58,261 nt of DNA, from the NCBI GenBank assembly GCA_938028845.1, contig CALIZJ010000150.1:1-58261 (forward strand). The letters run 5' to 3'. Shown here piece after piece: positions 17,405 to 27,984 of this stretch. Origin of the DNA: an uncultured Blautia sp. GTDB lineage: Bacteria > Bacillota > Clostridia > Lachnospirales > Lachnospiraceae. Position numbers and translations under genes: made by a program. The notes under the pieces were generated by a model. The model saw nothing but the letters and a program-made list of their open reading frames with translations, ran no database searches and was not told the origin of the DNA. Position 1 is the first letter of the stretch. Each line of letters begins with the position of its first letter.

Positions 17405-18910
17405 TTATTTTGCCTTGATCGTCTTAACTGCACTGTATGAACCTGGATATCTCTTGCCGTCTACCTGTACATAAGCATTGGCTCTAAAGTAGTAGGTTCC
17501 GCCGCTCTGAAGACCGGTTCTCTTAACGCTTGTCTTTGTTGTATATTTCGCGATGCAGTTTGTTACATTGTTTTTATTTCTGCCCATGAATACATTGTAT
17601 CCAGATGCACCTGGAACAGCTTTCCAGCTAACCGTTACGGCTCTTCTTCCAGCATTTTTAACGGTAATAGATGGTGCCTTCGGCACTGCTTTTACAGTTA
17701 CAGACTTAGAGCTGGACCAAGCGGTAGGAACTTTATCTTTGTTCTGTACATTTACTGTTGCAGTCACTCTGTAGGTATAGGTCTTTCCTGGATCTACATC
17801 GTTATCTGTGTAGATATTCTCGCCAAATTCCGGATCATCCAGCTCACCTGGCTCCCAGGTAGCGAGAGCCTGGTAGGAACCGCTTCCTACTCTTCTTTCC
17901 AGTCTGACAGTCGCGTTATCTGTAGAGGCACCTACAGAAACTGTCACCTTATCCAAAGTATTCGCTAAAGTTGCAGAAACCTTAGGTGTTACCATGACAA
18001 ATTTGCTTCTTGCAGCACTGCTGCAGGTAAAACGTGAAGGAACTCTGTTGCCAAGAACAGAAAAGTCAACTTTAGAAGTCTTGCTCAGTGTATTTCCAGA
18101 TCCGTCCAGATAAAGAGCGGCTGCCTGATAACCTTCGTTTCCGCCGCTTAAGGTGGTGATCCTGTTATTGCTCAGATCCAGGATTCCCTCGAAACCAGAG
18201 CAGTTAAAAGATGTTAACCTGTTATTGCTTGCATTGATTTCTGTTAAGTTTTCTAAGCTGGAATAGGAAATATTTGACAGACCTGCATTTGCCTGTGAAG
18301 CAAACTGGTTATGGCTTATATCAATATAATCCAGTTTTTTCAAATAAGAAACCCCTGGCATTGTCAGTTTAGTCAGCGCATTGTTGCTTACCATAATAGT
18401 GGTAAGGCCGCGTGTACATTTTGACAGATCCAGCTGCTTCAAATTATTATTGGAAAGATTTACATACGTCAGTCTTGTATTTTTCGTAAGATTAACACTG
18501 GAAAGCTTATTATTGGAAGCGTTTAATCTTGTCAGAGAAGTAAATCTTTCAACACCATTCAGCCTTGCGATATTTTTTCCGGGTACGTTAATCTCTGTTA
18601 CTGCGCTGATTTCTGAGGAAGACAAACCACCGCTGTTATCCTTGTCAAATGTGGAAGATACATAAGACCGGAAATTTGCATCCGGGAAAGTAGCTGAATT
18701 AATTTTTACCGGATCAGAAGCAGCCCGTGCAGCAGCTTGGGAAGCATCCTCAGCTTCTTCTGTGGTAAATAACTCTTCTGGCTCTGCCGCTGCTTCAACT
18801 GCCGCGTCACCGGAGGTAAACTCTGCTGCGCTTACCGGCACACTTGTTAAAAGCATAGCTGCGCTCAGAGCACTTGCCATACATGCATGATATAACTTTT
18901 TATTTCTCAT
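17405..18910 (-). CDS. Secreted leucine-rich-repeat protein with C-terminal fibronectin type III domains
   Basis: Signal peptide (VPVSA), FPDANFR cap, LxxLNxSNNxL repeats, FN3 motifs (WKAVPGASGYNV, GGTYYFR). Start chosen from the AGGAG RBS; GTG 18919 is an alternative. Confidence 0.85.
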   Translation of the reverse strand: MRNKKLYHACMASALSAAMLLTSVPVSAAEFTSGDAAVEAAAEPEELFTTEEAEDASQAAARAASDPVKINSATFPDANFRSYVSSTFDKDNSGGLSSSEISAVTEINVPGKNIARLNGVERFTSLTRLNASNNKLSSVNLTKNTRLTYVNLSNNNLKQLDLSKCTRGLTTIMVSNNALTKLTMPGVSYLKKLDYIDISHNQFASQANAGLSNISYSSLENLTEINASNNRLTSFNCSGFEGILDLSNNRITTLSGGNEGYQAAALYLDGSGNTLSKTSKVDFSVLGNRVPSRFTCSSAARSKFVMVTPKVSATLANTLDKVTVSVGASTDNATVRLERRVGSGSYQALATWEPGELDDPEFGENIYTDNDVDPGKTYTYRVTATVNVQNKDKVPTAWSSSKSVTVKAVPKAPSITVKNAGRRAVTVSWKAVPGASGYNVFMGRNKNNVTNCIAKYTTKTSVKRTGLQSGGTYYFRANAYVQVDGKRYPGSYSAVKTIKAK

Positions 18911-19032
18911 CCTTTTCACTCCTATAGTTTATTTATATAGTTATGAAGATTCCTTACACCGCCATTTTAAACCAATTCTATAGTAAAAGCAACTATATTT
19001 TTCAAAATTGTTAAAACTTTTTATCTAAATAT

Positions 19033-19539
19033 TTAAGCTTCTTTTGTTTCCTCTTCTGTTTTTTCCTGCTTTTCTCCTTCTTGTGCTGCAGTTACAGGTT
19101 CCTCTGCCACTTCCTCAGGAGAAACTTCTATCACTACATCTCCGGCCTTGTCTTCCGTCTCTTCATCCGGGCAGGCAGCGCCGCAATACGGGCAAAAAGA
19201 TACGCTCTGCTCCACATGTCTTTTACAGGAAGGACAAATCTTCTTTTTCTTATAATTTGCCATTTTCTTTTTGTATTCTTCAATGCATACTTTATGCTGT
19301 TCTATCTGCTCACACAAGATCCGCTGCTCGTCCGGAAGTGTGTCTCCGTCCAGATAATGCTGGTAAAGAATATTTCCCAGGTCCTCTTTGATTTTTCCGA
19401 TCAGGCGCTCTTCCCCGGCTATCCTTCCGCGAAGCCGCTGGGTCTCATAGAGCACTTCTGCTTTTTCTCCCAGCCCCTTTGCCGTCTTCGCGATAGTCAC
19501 ACCTAATTCATCAAAAAATTCCGATCCTTTTGTAGCCAT
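19033..19539 (-). CDS. Coiled-coil / zinc-ribbon protein
   Basis: CPSC...FCPYCG zinc ribbon after a helical N-terminus; acidic tail. Confidence 0.75.
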   Translation of the reverse strand: MATKGSEFFDELGVTIAKTAKGLGEKAEVLYETQRLRGRIAGEERLIGKIKEDLGNILYQHYLDGDTLPDEQRILCEQIEQHKVCIEEYKKKMANYKKKKICPSCKRHVEQSVSFCPYCGAACPDEETEDKAGDVVIEVSPEEVAEEPVTAAQEGEKQEKTEEETKEA

Positions 19540-19581
19540 TCTTTCAACCCCTTTCCTGTCACAATGGCTGCGGTCTTTTTA

Positions 19582-20997
19582 TTATTCAGCCACTCCTAAA
19601 AGCGGTACCTCCTGTCCCCGCAGAAGGATTTTGGGACCGCCTGTGCCTTCTATATATTCTCTGGTGATGATCACCTGTCCAATGCTGTCGTCTTTGGGTA
19701 TCTCGTACATGATATCCAGCATAAATTCTTCTATAATCGCGCGCAGAGCCCTGGCTCCTGTCTTTTTCTCCATTGCTTTGGCGGCGATGGCGCGCAGAGC
19801 CTCTTCTTCAAATTCCAGCTTCACCTCATCCAGCTCCAGAAGTTTCTGATACTGTTTCAAAATCGCATTTTTCGGCTCTTTTAATATTTTAACCAGCATA
19901 TCCTCGGACAAACCTTCCAAGGTAAAAATAATAGGAAGGCGGCCGATAAACTCCGGTATCATGCCAAAAGCACGGATATCATCCACCGTAACCTTTTCCA
20001 GAAGATGGGGATCGTTGTCATACTTATCTTTAAGATCTGCGTAAAATCCTATAGACGCCTGTTTATTTAAACGTTCTTTGATGATATTTTCCAGATCCGG
20101 GAAAGCGCCGCCGCAAATAAAGAGAATATTTCTTGTATTTACAGTAGCAAGGGGTACCATAGCGTTTTTGCTGTTGGCACCCACAGGGACTTCTACCTCG
20201 CTTCCCTCTAAAAGTTTCAGCATCCCCTGCTGTACTGCCTCGCCGCTTACATCCCTTTGGTTTGTATTCTTTTTCTTGGCGATCTTATCAATCTCATCAA
20301 TAAAAATGATGCCGTGTTCTGCTTTTTCCACATCGTTGTCGGCAGCCGCAAGAAGTTTGGATACTACGCTCTCAATATCATCACCGATATACCCTGCCTC
20401 TGTCAAAGAGGTAGCATCCGCAATGGCAAGAGGCACATCCAAAAGCCGCGCCAGTGTTTTTACAAGATAAGTCTTACCGGAACCGGTAGGGCCTATCATA
20501 AGCATATTCGACTTTTCTATATCAATGTCATCCATAGTATCTGTAGCTACACGTTTATAGTGGTTATAAACCGCTACCGCCATTACTTTCTTGGCATGCT
20601 CCTGTCCAATTACATACTCGTCCAGAGATGCCTTGATCTTATGAGGAGCAGGAATGTTCCGCAGATCCAGTGCCGGTTTCTTTTGCTCGTTCTTTTTCTT
20701 TTTCACCTTTTTGGGCTGTGAAACCGGGTTCTGCAGACTGCTCAGATCGATCATCCCCACATTTGGCATATTAAACAGGTCTGAATAATTGATCTTCCCA
20801 TTGCTCATGTGCTGATTCATTGTATCAAAGCTCTTCTGCATACAGTCCGGACATATATGTATATTATTGGGAAGATCGATCATCTTTCCCGTCTGGCTCT
20901 CCGGTCTGTGACAAAGAAAACAATATTTTTCATATTCTTCTTTTTCATCCTTTTCCTCTTCTGTCAAGTCTGTTCTATTGTCAAACTCGTCTGTCAT
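19582..20997 (-). CDS. clpX: ATP-dependent Clp protease ATP-binding subunit
   Basis: C4 zinc finger (CFLC...CPDC), GPTGSGKT, TEAGYIGDD, DEIDK, RDVSGEAVQQ, IGF loop, TGARALR. Confidence 0.95.
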   Translation of the reverse strand: MTDEFDNRTDLTEEEKDEKEEYEKYCFLCHRPESQTGKMIDLPNNIHICPDCMQKSFDTMNQHMSNGKINYSDLFNMPNVGMIDLSSLQNPVSQPKKVKKKKNEQKKPALDLRNIPAPHKIKASLDEYVIGQEHAKKVMAVAVYNHYKRVATDTMDDIDIEKSNMLMIGPTGSGKTYLVKTLARLLDVPLAIADATSLTEAGYIGDDIESVVSKLLAAADNDVEKAEHGIIFIDEIDKIAKKKNTNQRDVSGEAVQQGMLKLLEGSEVEVPVGANSKNAMVPLATVNTRNILFICGGAFPDLENIIKERLNKQASIGFYADLKDKYDNDPHLLEKVTVDDIRAFGMIPEFIGRLPIIFTLEGLSEDMLVKILKEPKNAILKQYQKLLELDEVKLEFEEEALRAIAAKAMEKKTGARALRAIIEEFMLDIMYEIPKDDSIGQVIITREYIEGTGGPKILLRGQEVPLLGVAE

Positions 20998-21157
20998 ATA
21001 ATCTCCTTTCTTCTGCCTGGTACACTATGGCATCTGGCATTCCCCACTATAGGGAAATTATAACATAATTTATATATCTATCAAATAAAGTTTTTATAAA
21101 GTTCATTTTCTTTCAGCCACCGCCCACGGCAAACGTGCCGGCAAGGTTTTTCATACT

Positions 21158-21188
21158 GCAAAAGGAACCTGCTTCCAGGTTCCTTTGC
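21158..21188 (-). terminator. Terminator after htrA
   Basis: AAAGGAACCTG-CTTC-CAGGTTCCTTT hairpin. Confidence 0.7.
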
Positions 21189-21200
21189 GTATGTCCCTTA

Positions 21201-22730
21201 TTAATTTCCTGAGGATGGCCGGGAGCCTAATGTGATCTCCAGATCCTGCTCTTTATATTCTCCATTGTCAGCTCTTGCAACGGTAACTGTGATCGTTTCC
21301 CCCGCTGCGTAATAGGATAATTTATCCGCCAGATCCGACTTATCGCTTACCTTTTGTCCATCCAGCTTCACGATAATATCTCCCTTCTGGATTCCTGCCT
21401 TATCCGCTGCCTGTCCTGGATCCACGTCTGTTACAAATGCCCCTGCCGGCATATTATACATCTGTATTGCCTCAGAAGTGAGATCCGCTGTCGTAATGCC
21501 AAGGTATGCTGCATCTGATTCATCTACTTTATCCCGAGTGGTTCGGTTCATCAGTTCTTCCAGAATCGGTTTCGCTTTAGATATAGGAATGGCATATCCC
21601 ATACCCTCGATGGTATTGCTTGCGTATTTAGCGGAATTAATACCGATCAGTTCACCGTTCATATTCAGCAATGCGCCGCCGCTGTTTCCGGGGTTGATCG
21701 CCGCATCTGTCTGGATCAGGTCTGCCGTAGTACCGGTATCCAATGTCACTGAGCGATTCAAAGCGCTAACCCAGCCCGAAGTAACTGACTGTCCATACCC
21801 CAGAGCGTTTCCGATGGCAACTACCTGCTCGCCTACTACAAGCTGGTCAGAATCACCGATCTGCGCAATTTTAATCTGTTCCATAGTATCTTCAGGAATA
21901 TCCGACTTCTGCACAGCCACTACAGCCAGGTCATTGGTGGAATCTGTACCTTTTATCTTGGCGCTTACAGCATCTTCTACGTTAATATCGCCGTTTCCGC
22001 TGGCAAGATTCTGGGTTTCCTCTTCTGCGTTTACCACATCCTTTCCAATAAAGCATACGCTCAATGTGGTAGCGCCCTCCACTACGTGGTTATTCGTAGC
22101 GATCAAGAGCTCATCGTTATTCTCACCTACAATAATGCCGGAACCGCTTCCTGTGCTGGAATACTCCTGCACCCCGTAATTGCCAAAGCCAAAGCTTCCA
22201 AAAAAGCTTGGAATCTCCTGAATACTTACTGAAGTGATCGCAACCACTGCCGGCATAGCAGATTCTGCAACACTTGCCACCGACCCTGCCTGGTTCCCAT
22301 TATCCCCGGAAGTGCTCCCTGCCGAGGCAGTTACGGAGTCCTGGTTTACTGTACCTGTGGTTCCCACCTGTGTATTCAAAGTGCTTGAGTCGGTAAGATA
22401 CATATCTGAAATATAATTTACGCCCTGGAATACAACGCCGGCCACCAGTCCGAATACGACGGCAAAGGCAACCACGATCCCAAAGCGCTGACTCATCCCC
22501 CTTTCCTTTTTCTTTTTTGGTTTTTGGGGTTCTCTTTTTACAGGTCCTGATCCCGGGGAGGGATTCTGATTAATTTGATAATGTGCATATCTGGGAGGAA
22601 CCGGTCCACCTCCTGTATTGGAATTTGTATCTATATTCTGAGAGGGCTGAGACCCCGGTCCGCCGCCCTGCAGGTTTCCTGTGCCAGCAGGTTCTCCGGG
22701 TGTCTGTTCCCATTTCCTTTCGTCACTCAT
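21201..22730 (-). CDS. htrA: HtrA/DegP-family membrane serine protease with a PDZ domain
   Basis: Single TM, TNNHVV, DLAVV, IQTDAAINPGNSGG, C-terminal PDZ domain. Confidence 0.93.
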   Translation of the reverse strand: MSDERKWEQTPGEPAGTGNLQGGGPGSQPSQNIDTNSNTGGGPVPPRYAHYQINQNPSPGSGPVKREPQKPKKKKERGMSQRFGIVVAFAVVFGLVAGVVFQGVNYISDMYLTDSSTLNTQVGTTGTVNQDSVTASAGSTSGDNGNQAGSVASVAESAMPAVVAITSVSIQEIPSFFGSFGFGNYGVQEYSSTGSGSGIIVGENNDELLIATNNHVVEGATTLSVCFIGKDVVNAEEETQNLASGNGDINVEDAVSAKIKGTDSTNDLAVVAVQKSDIPEDTMEQIKIAQIGDSDQLVVGEQVVAIGNALGYGQSVTSGWVSALNRSVTLDTGTTADLIQTDAAINPGNSGGALLNMNGELIGINSAKYASNTIEGMGYAIPISKAKPILEELMNRTTRDKVDESDAAYLGITTADLTSEAIQMYNMPAGAFVTDVDPGQAADKAGIQKGDIIVKLDGQKVSDKSDLADKLSYYAAGETITVTVARADNGEYKEQDLEITLGSRPSSGN

Positions 22731-22839
22731 CTTTGCTGCTCCCTTCTAATGTAAAAATATTTCCTGATCTCTTATTGTTGTGTCCAGTTTACCAGTTAAT
22801 TGTGTTTAAAATGTGATGGATATTTTAAAAAAGGATGTT

Positions 22840-23760
22840 TTACCTCCAATAATCCGGGCTCATGGTACACCAAAGGACCAGCCTGCGCGGCAGCTTTTTA
22901 TATCCTTTTCCTGCCCGGTATCCTATAAATTTGCATCCGCTCTGGACGATCAGGGAAGGAAGCATCCAGAATTTTCCTTTTTTTATAAGAAATTTTGCCG
23001 TATTCAGCACCAAACGAATCCCTTCTCCTTCCGACGGGAGCCCCCGAAAAATTTCCGGATGTTCCGCCTGGGAAACTCCCAGGTCAAAGTTTCGGTGAAA
23101 CTGCTGCAGACCGGTATAATTATGGGAATGGATCACCTCCGCCTTTGCGGCATAAAAAATTCCATACCCCTTCTGTACCATCTTCCCCGCAAGGATCATA
23201 TCTTCGTTAAATATAGTTCTATCCACAAAACCTCCCAGGCTTTCATAAATGCTTTTTTTATAAGCGGCGCACACATTAGAACAAAAATATGTTTTTATTC
23301 CATAACGGGGAATATCCTTTTTTGTTTTCAATAGAGAATTCTCCGGATAATTAAAGGCTCTCGTATAACGTTCCATAACACTGCAGTCCCTGGCGGGGAG
23401 CTGACGCGCATAGGACACGGCAACCTCCTTATTCTCCAAAATAGGACGGATCAGGTTCCCTATCAGTCCTTTATCTTTCGGCATGGCATCCTGGGTCATA
23501 AAGACCATGATGTCTCCCTTAGAAAGCTGTGCAGCCTTTTTTCTCGTTCCTCCATGATTGAATTCTTCTTTTTTTATATGATGAACCTCCAAAGCAGGAA
23601 ATTTCTTTTCCCATTCTCTGTTCCAAAATTCCTCTTCCGTATTCATGATCAGTATTTTTTCCACAGGATATTCCTGCTTATTAAGCCTTTCCAGGACTGT
23701 CTCAAACTCTTTTCCCGGCCGGTAGGTGGGAATAATAACATCTACTTTTACTTTTTCCAT
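22840..23760 (-). CDS. GT2 glycosyltransferase, probable rhamnosyltransferase
   Basis: VIIPT, FNHGGTR, FMTQDA, YARQLP, FCSN, VIHSHNY motifs typical of RfbN-like rhamnosyltransferases. Confidence 0.8.
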   Translation of the reverse strand: MEKVKVDVIIPTYRPGKEFETVLERLNKQEYPVEKILIMNTEEEFWNREWEKKFPALEVHHIKKEEFNHGGTRKKAAQLSKGDIMVFMTQDAMPKDKGLIGNLIRPILENKEVAVSYARQLPARDCSVMERYTRAFNYPENSLLKTKKDIPRYGIKTYFCSNVCAAYKKSIYESLGGFVDRTIFNEDMILAGKMVQKGYGIFYAAKAEVIHSHNYTGLQQFHRNFDLGVSQAEHPEIFRGLPSEGEGIRLVLNTAKFLIKKGKFWMLPSLIVQSGCKFIGYRAGKGYKKLPRRLVLWCTMSPDYWR

Positions 23761-23777
23761 GTTCTTCTCTCTTATCC

Positions 23778-23819
23778 AAAAAAAACATCCCCTATATCTC
23801 TATATGGGGATGGTTTTTT
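23778..23819. terminator. Terminator after the LCP gene
   Basis: A8-CATCCCC...GGGGATG-G-T6. Confidence 0.75.
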
Positions 23820-23894
23820 GTGTTTTATATGCTTGTTTCCATACAGACAGTATCTGTTAAATACTATTTTTTATGCTATAGGGAGCTTTCCGCC

Positions 23895-25481
23895 TTAAGC
23901 AGCGGGAACTTCTGCTGAACCTCCGTCTCCTCCGGTTCCAGGATCAGTTCCTCCTCCAGTTCCGGGATCAGTTCCTCCTCCGGTTCCAGGATCAGTTCCT
24001 CCTCCACTTCCAGGATCGGTTCCTCCTCCGGTTCCAGGGTCAGTTCCCCCTCCGGTTCCAGGATCAGTTCCTCCTCCAGTTCCAGGGTCGGTTCCCCCTC
24101 CGGTTCCAGGATCAGTTCCTCCTCCAGTTCCAGGATCGGTTCCCCCTCCAGTTCCAGGGTCAGTTCCTCCTCCAGTTCCAGGATCAGTTCCTCCTCCGGT
24201 TCCAGGATCAGTAGTTCCTCCTCCAGTTCCAGGATCAGTTCCTCCTCCGGTTCCAGGATCAGTCCAGGTTCCGCCGCCTCCCCCAGAATCCGATCCATCA
24301 CTCCAGGTATTGTCTCCTCCAGACCATCCGTTCTCACCGGTATCTGTATCCTGCCAGATAAAGGTGTCGTCTGTAGTAGTATCTTCTTCTGAAGTAACCG
24401 GTGCATCGTCTGTAAGCTGTTCTTCACCGCCTACAATCTCTATGATCCTCTGGCTGTATGCCTGTACCTCAGTAGATGGAGTGTAAGCAGTTTCTTCCCC
24501 GTAAAGGAATTTATGAAGCTGTTCTACGTTGCTCACCAAAGTGGTAGGAACGATAATACTTCCCTTAATATCAGAAAATTTGTATTCCATAGGGAAGCCG
24601 ACAGTGTCATCCACACTATAGCCGATCATTGCGGGAATCAGCTCCAAAATCTCCTGCTTGCTTAAAGAAGTCGTGACCATAGGAAACACTTCATCCATAA
24701 TATCAAAGATCGTTCCCAGACCCGCCTGTTTCGCCTTCTGCACGATCAACTGAATGACCATACGCTGACGCTCTGTTCTTCCCATATCCAGACTTGAGGT
24801 ATAACGGATACGGCAGTAAGAGGTTGCCTGTACGCCATTCAGATGATAGGTTCCGATAATGGCTTCCTGGTCTTCCGGTGCCGGATCTGGTTTTTCAATA
24901 GGAGTAAAGGTCTTTCCTGTTTCTTCGGCAGTCTCTACACTATAGTTATTCATATGCTCGATCTCTGCATAAGACATAGGGATGTCCAAACCGCCTAAAA
25001 GGTCGATTACCGTAACAAGGGCGTTAAAATCCACAGTAGCGTAATCGGTAATATTCAGGTCAAGGCTGGTATTCAGCATGGAAATCGCCTGTTCCGCCCC
25101 GCCATATGCGTAAGCTGCATTTGCCTTCGTATAAGTGTCGTCTCCGATATTTAAAAGCGTATCTCTGTAAACAGATACCAGCTTCACATCCTTGGTGTCA
25201 TTATTTACACTGGCAATGATGATCGTATCGCTGTTTTCCGCTCCCAATGCTGCGTTCTTATCCCTGTGGTCGATTCCGAACAGAGCATACGTGCTGTATC
25301 CGGTCATTTGTGGTGCTTCCTGATTAACGATGATCTGATCTTCATTCAGGACCGGCTGCTCAATCTTATCCAGCCTGGTCATGATCTGTCCATAGACGTA
25401 CAGACCGCCTATAAACAGCAGAAGGACAATGATTTCTATGGCAAATAATATCTTTTTCCTCTTTTTTCTTTTTCCTCGCAT
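23895..25481 (-). CDS. LCP (LytR-CpsA-Psr) family glycopolymer-peptidoglycan ligase with a Gly/Thr/Pro repeat tail
   Basis: N-terminal TM, SDTIII, LVSVYRDT, KANAAY, YCRIRY, DMGRTERQR. Confidence 0.92.
   Translation of the reverse strand: MRGKRKKRKKILFAIEIIVLLLFIGGLYVYGQIMTRLDKIEQPVLNEDQIIVNQEAPQMTGYSTYALFGIDHRDKNAALGAENSDTIIIASVNNDTKDVKLVSVYRDTLLNIGDDTYTKANAAYAYGGAEQAISMLNTSLDLNITDYATVDFNALVTVIDLLGGLDIPMSYAEIEHMNNYSVETAEETGKTFTPIEKPDPAPEDQEAIIGTYHLNGVQATSYCRIRYTSSLDMGRTERQRMVIQLIVQKAKQAGLGTIFDIMDEVFPMVTTSLSKQEILELIPAMIGYSVDDTVGFPMEYKFSDIKGSIIVPTTLVSNVEQLHKFLYGEETAYTPSTEVQAYSQRIIEIVGGEEQLTDDAPVTSEEDTTTDDTFIWQDTDTGENGWSGGDNTWSDGSDSGGGGGTWTDPGTGGGTDPGTGGGTTDPGTGGGTDPGTGGGTDPGTGGGTDPGTGGGTDPGTGGGTDPGTGGGTDPGTGGGTDPGTGGGTDPGSGGGTDPGTGGGTDPGTGGGTDPGTGGDGGSAEVPAA
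23925..24263 (-). repeat. 14 tandem 24-bp repeats encoding TDPGTGGG
   Basis: Plus-strand unit TCCTCCTCC(G/A)GTTCCAGG(A/G)TC(A/G)GT; one copy carries an extra Thr codon. Confidence 0.95.
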
Positions 25482-25498
25482 GATATTTCCCCTTATCT

Positions 25499-26902
25499 TT
25501 AATATGCATTTTTATTTACAAAACCCTTAAAAAAGGTCAGAAATAATATCTTAATGTCGAAACCAATACTCCAGTTTTCGATATAATACAGGTCGCAGTC
25601 AATCCTTTTTCGGATAGAAGTATCTCCACGGTAGCCGTTCACCTGCGCCCACCCGGTAAGTCCCGGGCGTACCTGATGCTTGACCATGTACCTGGGAATC
25701 TCTTCCCGGAATTTTTCCACGAAAAATGGTCTCTCCGGTCTTGGACCAACCAGGCTCATATCGCCTCTTAAGATATTAAAGAGCTGCGGAAGCTCATCCA
25801 GGCTTGTCCGCCGCATGAATTTGCCAATGCCGGTGACCCTCGGATCATTTTTTACCGTCCATGCTTTCTTTTCCTCCGACTCCGGCTGCAGTTCCATGGA
25901 GCGGAACTTATACATCCAGAAAGTTTTATTATGGAGGCCGACCCGCTCCTGCTTATAGATCAGCGGCCCGGGGGAAGTCAGTTTGATCAGCGCACACAGC
26001 ACCAGCATCACCGGAGAGGATACGATAATCGCTGCAATGGAGCCAACAATATCCATACACCGTTTCACCAGTGCGTTAAATGTGTTGCTTAAGGGGACAT
26101 AACGGATATTAATAACGGGAAGACCCAAAATGTCCTCTGTATATGGCTTGGTCGGTATAATTTTATTATAATCGGGAATAAACTTTGTGTGTACTCCTGA
26201 CTTCTCACATAGTGCCACGATCTCTTCCAGGCGGTAATACTCGCTCAGTCCCAATGTGATCGCGATCTCATCCAGCCTGCTTGCCGGAAGGATCACCATC
26301 AGGTTTGCGATCCTGCCGATCACCTTAATACCTTTATATACGGTTCCCGCCGGAACATTATCGTCCAGAATTCCCCGGATAACATAACCCCACTGGGGAT
26401 TCATAAGGATACGGTCGATATATTCCTCTGTGGCGCGACTGTACCCTACAAGGATCACCTGCTTTTGGTTCAGGCCGCGCTTTCGCATATCCCGCATCAG
26501 ATAAAAGATCAGCATGCGGACGCCCCATCCGGCACAGATATTGATCACATAAAAAAGCAAGATCGTCAGACGGGAAAAATCCCCCTCATTGATCATCTGC
26601 AGGGATGATAAAATGAGAAGGAAGCCCAGCGTATTTGCCTTAATGATGTTTGCCAGCACAAGGCGCCTCCCCTGCATTCGCATGGGGGTATATAAGGTAA
26701 ATGCGTGATACAATAGCAGATAACCCGGCACAATGAATATCAAAAGTGACATATACTGCTGGAAACTTAACGTCCTGACAGCAGAATCTGCGAAAGGTCC
26801 TACGAACCTTATTGCCCACGCACAAAGATAAGAACCGGCAATTACTAATGCATCGATCAGCATATGGAGACGACTGAAGTTCTTTTGATTATCTTGAATC
26901 AA
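25499..26902 (-). CDS. Undecaprenyl-phosphate hexose-1-phosphate transferase (WcaJ/CpsE type), initiating enzyme
   Basis: KFRSM, DPRVT, SLDELPQLFN, MSLVGPRPE, PGLTGWAQVNG, DLYYIENWS; TTG start. Confidence 0.93.
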   Translation of the reverse strand: MIQDNQKNFSRLHMLIDALVIAGSYLCAWAIRFVGPFADSAVRTLSFQQYMSLLIFIVPGYLLLYHAFTLYTPMRMQGRRLVLANIIKANTLGFLLILSSLQMINEGDFSRLTILLFYVINICAGWGVRMLIFYLMRDMRKRGLNQKQVILVGYSRATEEYIDRILMNPQWGYVIRGILDDNVPAGTVYKGIKVIGRIANLMVILPASRLDEIAITLGLSEYYRLEEIVALCEKSGVHTKFIPDYNKIIPTKPYTEDILGLPVINIRYVPLSNTFNALVKRCMDIVGSIAAIIVSSPVMLVLCALIKLTSPGPLIYKQERVGLHNKTFWMYKFRSMELQPESEEKKAWTVKNDPRVTGIGKFMRRTSLDELPQLFNILRGDMSLVGPRPERPFFVEKFREEIPRYMVKHQVRPGLTGWAQVNGYRGDTSIRKRIDCDLYYIENWSIGFDIKILFLTFFKGFVNKNAY

Positions 26903-27018
26903 TCTTTGTCACCTCAATCAAATTCATTGCCTTTATATTATAATAGAAAGTCTTCAAATGCAATAAAATCTTAACATTCATTTTATAAAAATTCTGTGAA
27001 ATTCTCTTTTATATCCAG

Positions 27019-27975
27019 TTATCCCCTAAAGCGGCGCACCATATTCACCCATAATTCTAACTGGATTTTTACATAATATGGCAGCCGTTTTAAAGAAAAG
27101 GGCACCTTTTTTTCCCGCCTGCTTATCTGGAATCCATTTTTAATCCCGGCAAGATACTCTCTTCCCATTCCCTTGACAGCGAAAAACAAAAGTTTGATCC
27201 CAAATCCCGCCGCTAAAAAGGGAAGGTTTAAAATCACCTGTAATAAAGGCATATTTTTATATATCAGATAAATATTATTTCTGGAAGAATACCGGGTCTT
27301 AAACTGGTTATACCTGGAACCGGTAGTTCCGCTTCCCACATGATAGACTATAGCCTTAGGGGCGTACCAGTTCTCATATCCATAGATCCTCGCCCGATAA
27401 CCGATGTCCAAATCTTCCAGATAAGCAAAATGTTCTTCGTCAAAATATCCGATTCTTTCAAAAAGTTTTCTTCTGTAAATGGCAGCCCCGGCACAGGAGG
27501 CAAAAATTTTTTCCTCCTTTTCATAGGCATCCACAGGCTTTCCCTTTCCTCTGGCAAAAGCCCATCCAAGGGCACTGTAATAATTTCCTGCATCGTCTAA
27601 GCGTTCCCTGTCATGGAACTGGATCATCTTGGCTGCACAGGAAAAAGCTTTCTTATGGCGCCTCATTGCAGCGGTCATTTCTTCCAGAAAATTTTCTTCC
27701 GCCTCTATGTCGTTATTTAAAAGCAGTACATACTTTGCCCTTGACATACGGATTCCTTCGTTTACCGCCCTGCAGAAGCCAAAATTCTCCGGCAGTTGGA
27801 TAATATGCACCCATGGATAATTCTCTGTCACATAAGGGCAGCTCCCGTCGGAAGAGCCATTGTCCACAAGGATAACCTCATAGCTTTTCATAGTCTGCCG
27901 TTCCAGGCTTCCTAAAACGCCGTCCAAAAATACAAGTCCGTTAAAATTCGGAATCACAACAGATACTTCCAGCAT
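27019..27975 (-). CDS. GT2 glycosyltransferase (WbbL-like)
   Basis: VVIPNFNG, VDNGSSDGS, LLNND, YLEDLD, VYH. Confidence 0.88.
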   Translation of the reverse strand: MLEVSVVIPNFNGLVFLDGVLGSLERQTMKSYEVILVDNGSSDGSCPYVTENYPWVHIIQLPENFGFCRAVNEGIRMSRAKYVLLLNNDIEAEENFLEEMTAAMRRHKKAFSCAAKMIQFHDRERLDDAGNYYSALGWAFARGKGKPVDAYEKEEKIFASCAGAAIYRRKLFERIGYFDEEHFAYLEDLDIGYRARIYGYENWYAPKAIVYHVGSGTTGSRYNQFKTRYSSRNNIYLIYKNMPLLQVILNLPFLAAGFGIKLLFFAVKGMGREYLAGIKNGFQISRREKKVPFSLKRLPYYVKIQLELWVNMVRRFRG

Positions 27976-27984
27976 CTTTTCTCC

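Noticed and set aside
19582..20997. clpX not adjacent to clpP
   Set aside because: All motifs are intact; stand-alone or paralogous clpX genes are unremarkable and cannot be judged from this window.
23925..24263. Possible CRISPR array
   Set aside because: Head-to-tail coding repeats with no unique spacers and no cas genes.
23876..24427. 183-aa ORF with LEPEEELI repeats
   Set aside because: Alternate reading frame of the 24-bp repeat inside the LCP gene.
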